From Malacoraja senta (lineage: Eukaryota): DNA of 64,000 nucleotides. Numbering within the stretch: position 1 is the first letter of the stretch; each line of letters begins with the position of its first letter. The position numbers and the translations under genes were made by a program. Under the pieces are notes generated by a model. It had not been told where the DNA came from. It did no database searches and worked only from the letters and a program-made list of their open reading frames with translations. The stretch covers positions 13,888,001 through 13,952,000 of the forward strand of contig CM075988.1 in the NCBI GenBank assembly GCA_038087875.1, in the 5' to 3' direction. This document shows positions 60,307 to 64,000 of this stretch, one piece after another.

Positions 60307-60859
60307 ACATAGGTCACATTATAGGTCACATATAGACATCATCTCTGACAGGGCAGTCAGAGCAGCAATGGACTGTCAGCTGAGAATTGTGCCCCAGTCA
60401 AATAATATTGTAGATAATAGTTTTATAATAACAGTATTGGGTTCAGTATTGGGTGTGTGGGGTGAACCTCAAATTAGATGTCTTAAATTGAGTAGATTCA
60501 CTAAGACTGGCAGAAAAACCTGCTCAAGCTTCAAACATGAATTCTAAGACACAAATGTTGATGTATCACAGGACATTCTATTTGGTAAACAATAAAGATA
60601 GGATTAGGATAGGATAGATCGCAAAACTTCTGACATGATAGGAAAGGACAGTGGTCATTTCAGGGATTGAATCTGACATTTGGCATTGTATCATGTCTTG
60701 AATTCTCATACACAATGTTAAATGCAGCAGTCCAGGACTTAGTGACAGATCCGAGACTGGTAACAAGCAGATCATTCTGCTGTGGGGCTCAATTCCTGGA
60801 GCTCCCCAGTGCCTCCCTGGGTAAATCATCTTTTTTATCCTACACCATTTTAAACCAGA

Positions 60860-61163
60860 TTTAGTTTAGTTCAGAGATATAGCACAGAAACAGGCCCTTT
60901 GGCTCACTGAGTCCACCCCAACCAGCGATCCCCGCACATTAACACTATCCTACACACGAGGGATGATTTACATTTATACCAAACCAATGAGCCTACAAAC
61001 CCAGATATCTTTCAAGCGTGGGAGGAAACCAAAGTTCTCGGAGAAAACCTACACAGGCTATGGGGAGAACGTACAAACTCTGTACAGACAAGCACCGAAA
61101 GTCAGGATTGAACCCGGGTCTCTGGCGCTGTAAGGCAGCAACTCTACTGCTGCACCACCTTGC
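60860..61163 (-). mobile_element. HE1-like V-SINE
   Basis: Same family, reverse orientation. Confidence 0.9.
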
Positions 61164-61794
61164 CATCCAGAGTATTGAAGGAGAAACAATTAATGGGCAA
61201 AGGAGATGGGCAAGTTTCTTTGTTTTAACACAAATGCATTAGTTTAATGAATTTAATTATATACTTTTGTGGTTTGTTAATTTTGTTTTCATAATTTTTT
61301 CTTTTATGTACCTCAATTTTAATTGTTTTTAAATATCTCTGAAAGTTCTACTCTACATAATTCTACATATCTAATTATATATATTTTTGACAAATTTAAA
61401 TCCAGTCTCAAATATTGATCTGCTGCAAGCACTGGCAAGTGTACATATTTTTGGTCCTATATATGCAATTGGCTCTTCGTCTGATTTAAAAATCAATGTA
61501 AATAAGTTATTAAGTCTATTTCATGGTCTAATAACCTTATTGATCCAGTTTCCACAAATTTCTATCTGAGTTCTGCAGGGTAACTTGTTATAATCTGCCA
61601 GGCACTTGTTCCTTGCTTCCTGACTATTCAGCCAGGATTTACAAATTGGCCTGCTTGGATTTGGGATTATCAATTACTAGAGGTAATCGAATCACATGAT
61701 GTAGATGTCACAAACTGTGCGGATGAAACTCGGCAACATTTAGGTTATTCTTTATCGGGTGAAGCAGGTGTGTTCATTGTATTATTCGTTTTTT

Positions 61795-62040
61795 AATTTA
61801 GTTTAGAAATACAGTGCGGAAACAGGCCCTTTGGCCCACCAAGTCCGTGCCGACCAGCGATCCGCACACGTTAACACTATCCTACACACACTAGGGACAA
61901 TTTACATTTATACCAAGCCAATTAACCTACATACCTGTACGTCTTTGGCATGTGGGAGGAAACCGATGATCTCAGAGAAAACCCGTGTGGTCACGGGGAG
62001 AGCGTACTAACTCCGCAAAGACAGCATCCGCGCCGCCATG
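61795..62040 (-). mobile_element. HE1-like V-SINE with deletion in the head
   Basis: Same family, reverse orientation. Confidence 0.88.
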
Positions 62041-62696
62041 CAGCTTTATTATGGAAGATAATTTTTAACTCCAATCCATTCACTTTTTTTTCCTTAACAA
62101 TTTCAAATCTAGTGCCTTCTTGTGGGGTTTATTTCATGCTCATTGGTTTTTCAAGATCAAGTAGTGTGTTTTAGCAGATGCAGAAACGACAACCAAGTTT
62201 TCTGAACTGATTTATTTACACAATCGCTCCTTGGCAAACAGGTCTATGCAAACATGTCTGATCACAACTGTGGTCAACAAAACAACTGTGGTGCGAAACC
62301 GAAACTGCGCGAAAACAGCAGCCCCTCCCAAGTCACGCGACCGCGGCTTCCGAACGCCGGGTTCGATATCTGCGTTCAGGTGAGGAAGCCCCCTCACTTT
62401 GACCAGTGTTACTGATTGGTAAATTGAAGCAGGTGTCTCCATATTATAAGAGTCAAATCAGGGATTTCATTTTGCAATTCCCACGATGTGTCATATCTTA
62501 CCCTGCCATTGGAGCTTAAGATTGAATGGCAGGGGCAAGAGATGAACATTGAAAGAAGGACACTGGAACTGCAGGTAACAAACATCAACTGGCAGCAGAC
62601 AGATCATCGTGGCAGAGTATTGGGAAAAGCAAAAATGCTTTGTTGCTCTGCATCTGAGTTGCTCCATGCTGGTTGTGCCAAGTATTGAGCCAAAGA

Positions 62697-62930
62697 AGGT
62701 GGCACAGTGGCGCAGCGGTAGAGTTGCTGCCTTGCAGCGCCAGTGACCTGGGATCGATCCTGACTACGGGTGCAGTCCGAATGGAATTCGTACGTTCTCC
62801 CCATGACCTGTGTGGGTTTTCTCCAGGTGCTCCGGTTTCCTCCCCCATTCCAAAGGCATACAAGTTTATAGGTTAATTGGCTTTGGTAAAATTGTAAACT
62901 TTCCCTAGTAGGATAGTGTGTAGGATAGTG
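62697..62930 (+). mobile_element. HE1-like V-SINE, tail missing
   Basis: Head and V-domain, ending at TGTAGGATAGTGT. Confidence 0.9.
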
Positions 62931-63045
62931 TAAAGGGCCTGTCCCACGTGCAGGCGATTCCATGCGGCAAGCGCGACCTCCCCGGAAGCGGGGGGTGAGC
63001 GGACGTCCAGTTCGAGCAAAGTCCGTTGGAAGCTCGAGCGGTTTT
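62931..63045. mobile_element. One end of a Harbinger-like MITE
   Basis: TAA followed by AGGGCCTGTCCCAC terminus and a CpG-rich body; second TIR not seen. Confidence 0.5.
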
Positions 63046-63047
63046 TA

Positions 63048-63212
63048 TGTAGGTGAACACGGGTAGGTGATGTTTCGGGTCGAGACCCTTCCTCAGACCA
63101 TAGAAGACTTCAGTCCGAAGAAGGTGTCTCGACCCGAAATGTCACCTATTCCTTTTCTCCAGAGATGTTGTCTAACCCGTTGAGTTACTACAGCTTTTTG
63201 TGTCTATCTAAG
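63048..63212. mobile_element. Palindromic Penelope-like terminal pair with divergent hammerhead-like cores
   Basis: GTTTCGGGTCGAGACCCTTCCTCAGAC ... GTCCGAAGAAGGTGTCTCGACCCGAAATGTC. Confidence 0.8.
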
Positions 63213-64000
63213 ATTAATTCCAAAATAACTGAGTTCAAAGGCAAGAGGAAGAGGCTGGGCAGGCTGGGACATACAAGAGAGTGGTACTATCTTTCATCAT
63301 CAACAACAATGAAGTTAACAAATTCAATGTACCAAATTAAGGAGTTTGGAGACCTATCAGGGTGCTTTCCAAAGCAAGTATGTGTCATCTTAGCCAAGGG
63401 AAAATAGTGTATAAAATCAGCTGAAACTCATGGAAATAAAATTACATTTGTGTAAGCTGGAGGAAACGTTGATATTCCTTTTGGGGAAGTTTACAACATG
63501 AGAGTCCTGAATGCATTATCATTATAAATTAGAACGATCTGGACCAGTAAGCTTCAAGGTTTAAATGTGCAGTAGGTAATTATATATGGAGCCAAAATGA
63601 ACAATTATAAACTGAAACATTTCGCCAACGCTATTGTGTACGTACGGATGAAAAGAGGCATTTAATTCCGTTTTCTACTTCTCCCTTCTTCATGATATAA
63701 TTTTTTTCAGCAAGTGAAACCTATTTACTGTTTAAAAACTGAAAGTAATGTTTTTACACACTTCATTCTTATGTGAGTCATAAGTATGAATGAAGATTCA
63801 AAGCACCTTACTGATCAAGCAACACAACAAATATCATTTGTAAAATTTGGATTGATGTGGTATTCACACTTTACCACCAACATCATTTGACCAAATAAGG
63901 GGACAACATTTAAAATATTGTCTAATAAATATACTCTTGTGATTAAGATGTATTTTAAACTGCAAATGGTTTACCAAAGGTATCAAGGAATTATTCGAGC

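Noticed and set aside
1-64000. Most 60-130 aa ORFs in the track as genes
   Set aside because: They are chance frames, or frames in or antisense to SINE, LINE and Penelope repeats; no recognisable domains.

Overview
Eukaryotic, repeat-dense DNA with no recognisable host exon, probably intronic or intergenic. The repeat set (HE1-type V-SINEs with CR1 tails, CR1, Penelope termini) points to a cartilaginous fish, probably a skate or ray (inference). Main contents: (1) about 18 HE1-like SINEs and many CR1 3' fragments. (2) Two adjacent decayed DIRS1-type tyrosine-recombinase retrotransposons (20191-27935, 28381-33058) with intact ITR/ICR termini; the first is interrupted by a CR1 with an uninterrupted ORF2. 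(3) A full-length L1-clade LINE with a twin-priming 5' inversion and a 13-bp TSD, nested in an RTE-X-like LINE (45757-55805). (4) A 1041-bp TIR element nested in a SINE. (5) About 10 Penelope-derived terminal repeats, several with minimal hammerhead cores. The top finding is a ~140-bp TSD-flanked retroposon present twice (11275-11414, 19927-20070). It has no tRNA head: its first 54 nt fold as a CPEB3/HDV-like self-cleaving ribozyme whose predicted cleavage site coincides with the 5' insertion boundary. Other leads are a U_UUA_AAC -1 slippery site at the CR1 ORF1/ORF2 junction and a perfect 56-bp inverted repeat in unique sequence. Boundaries of decayed repeats are approximate (about 10-20 bp). 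All alignments and folds were done by eye.
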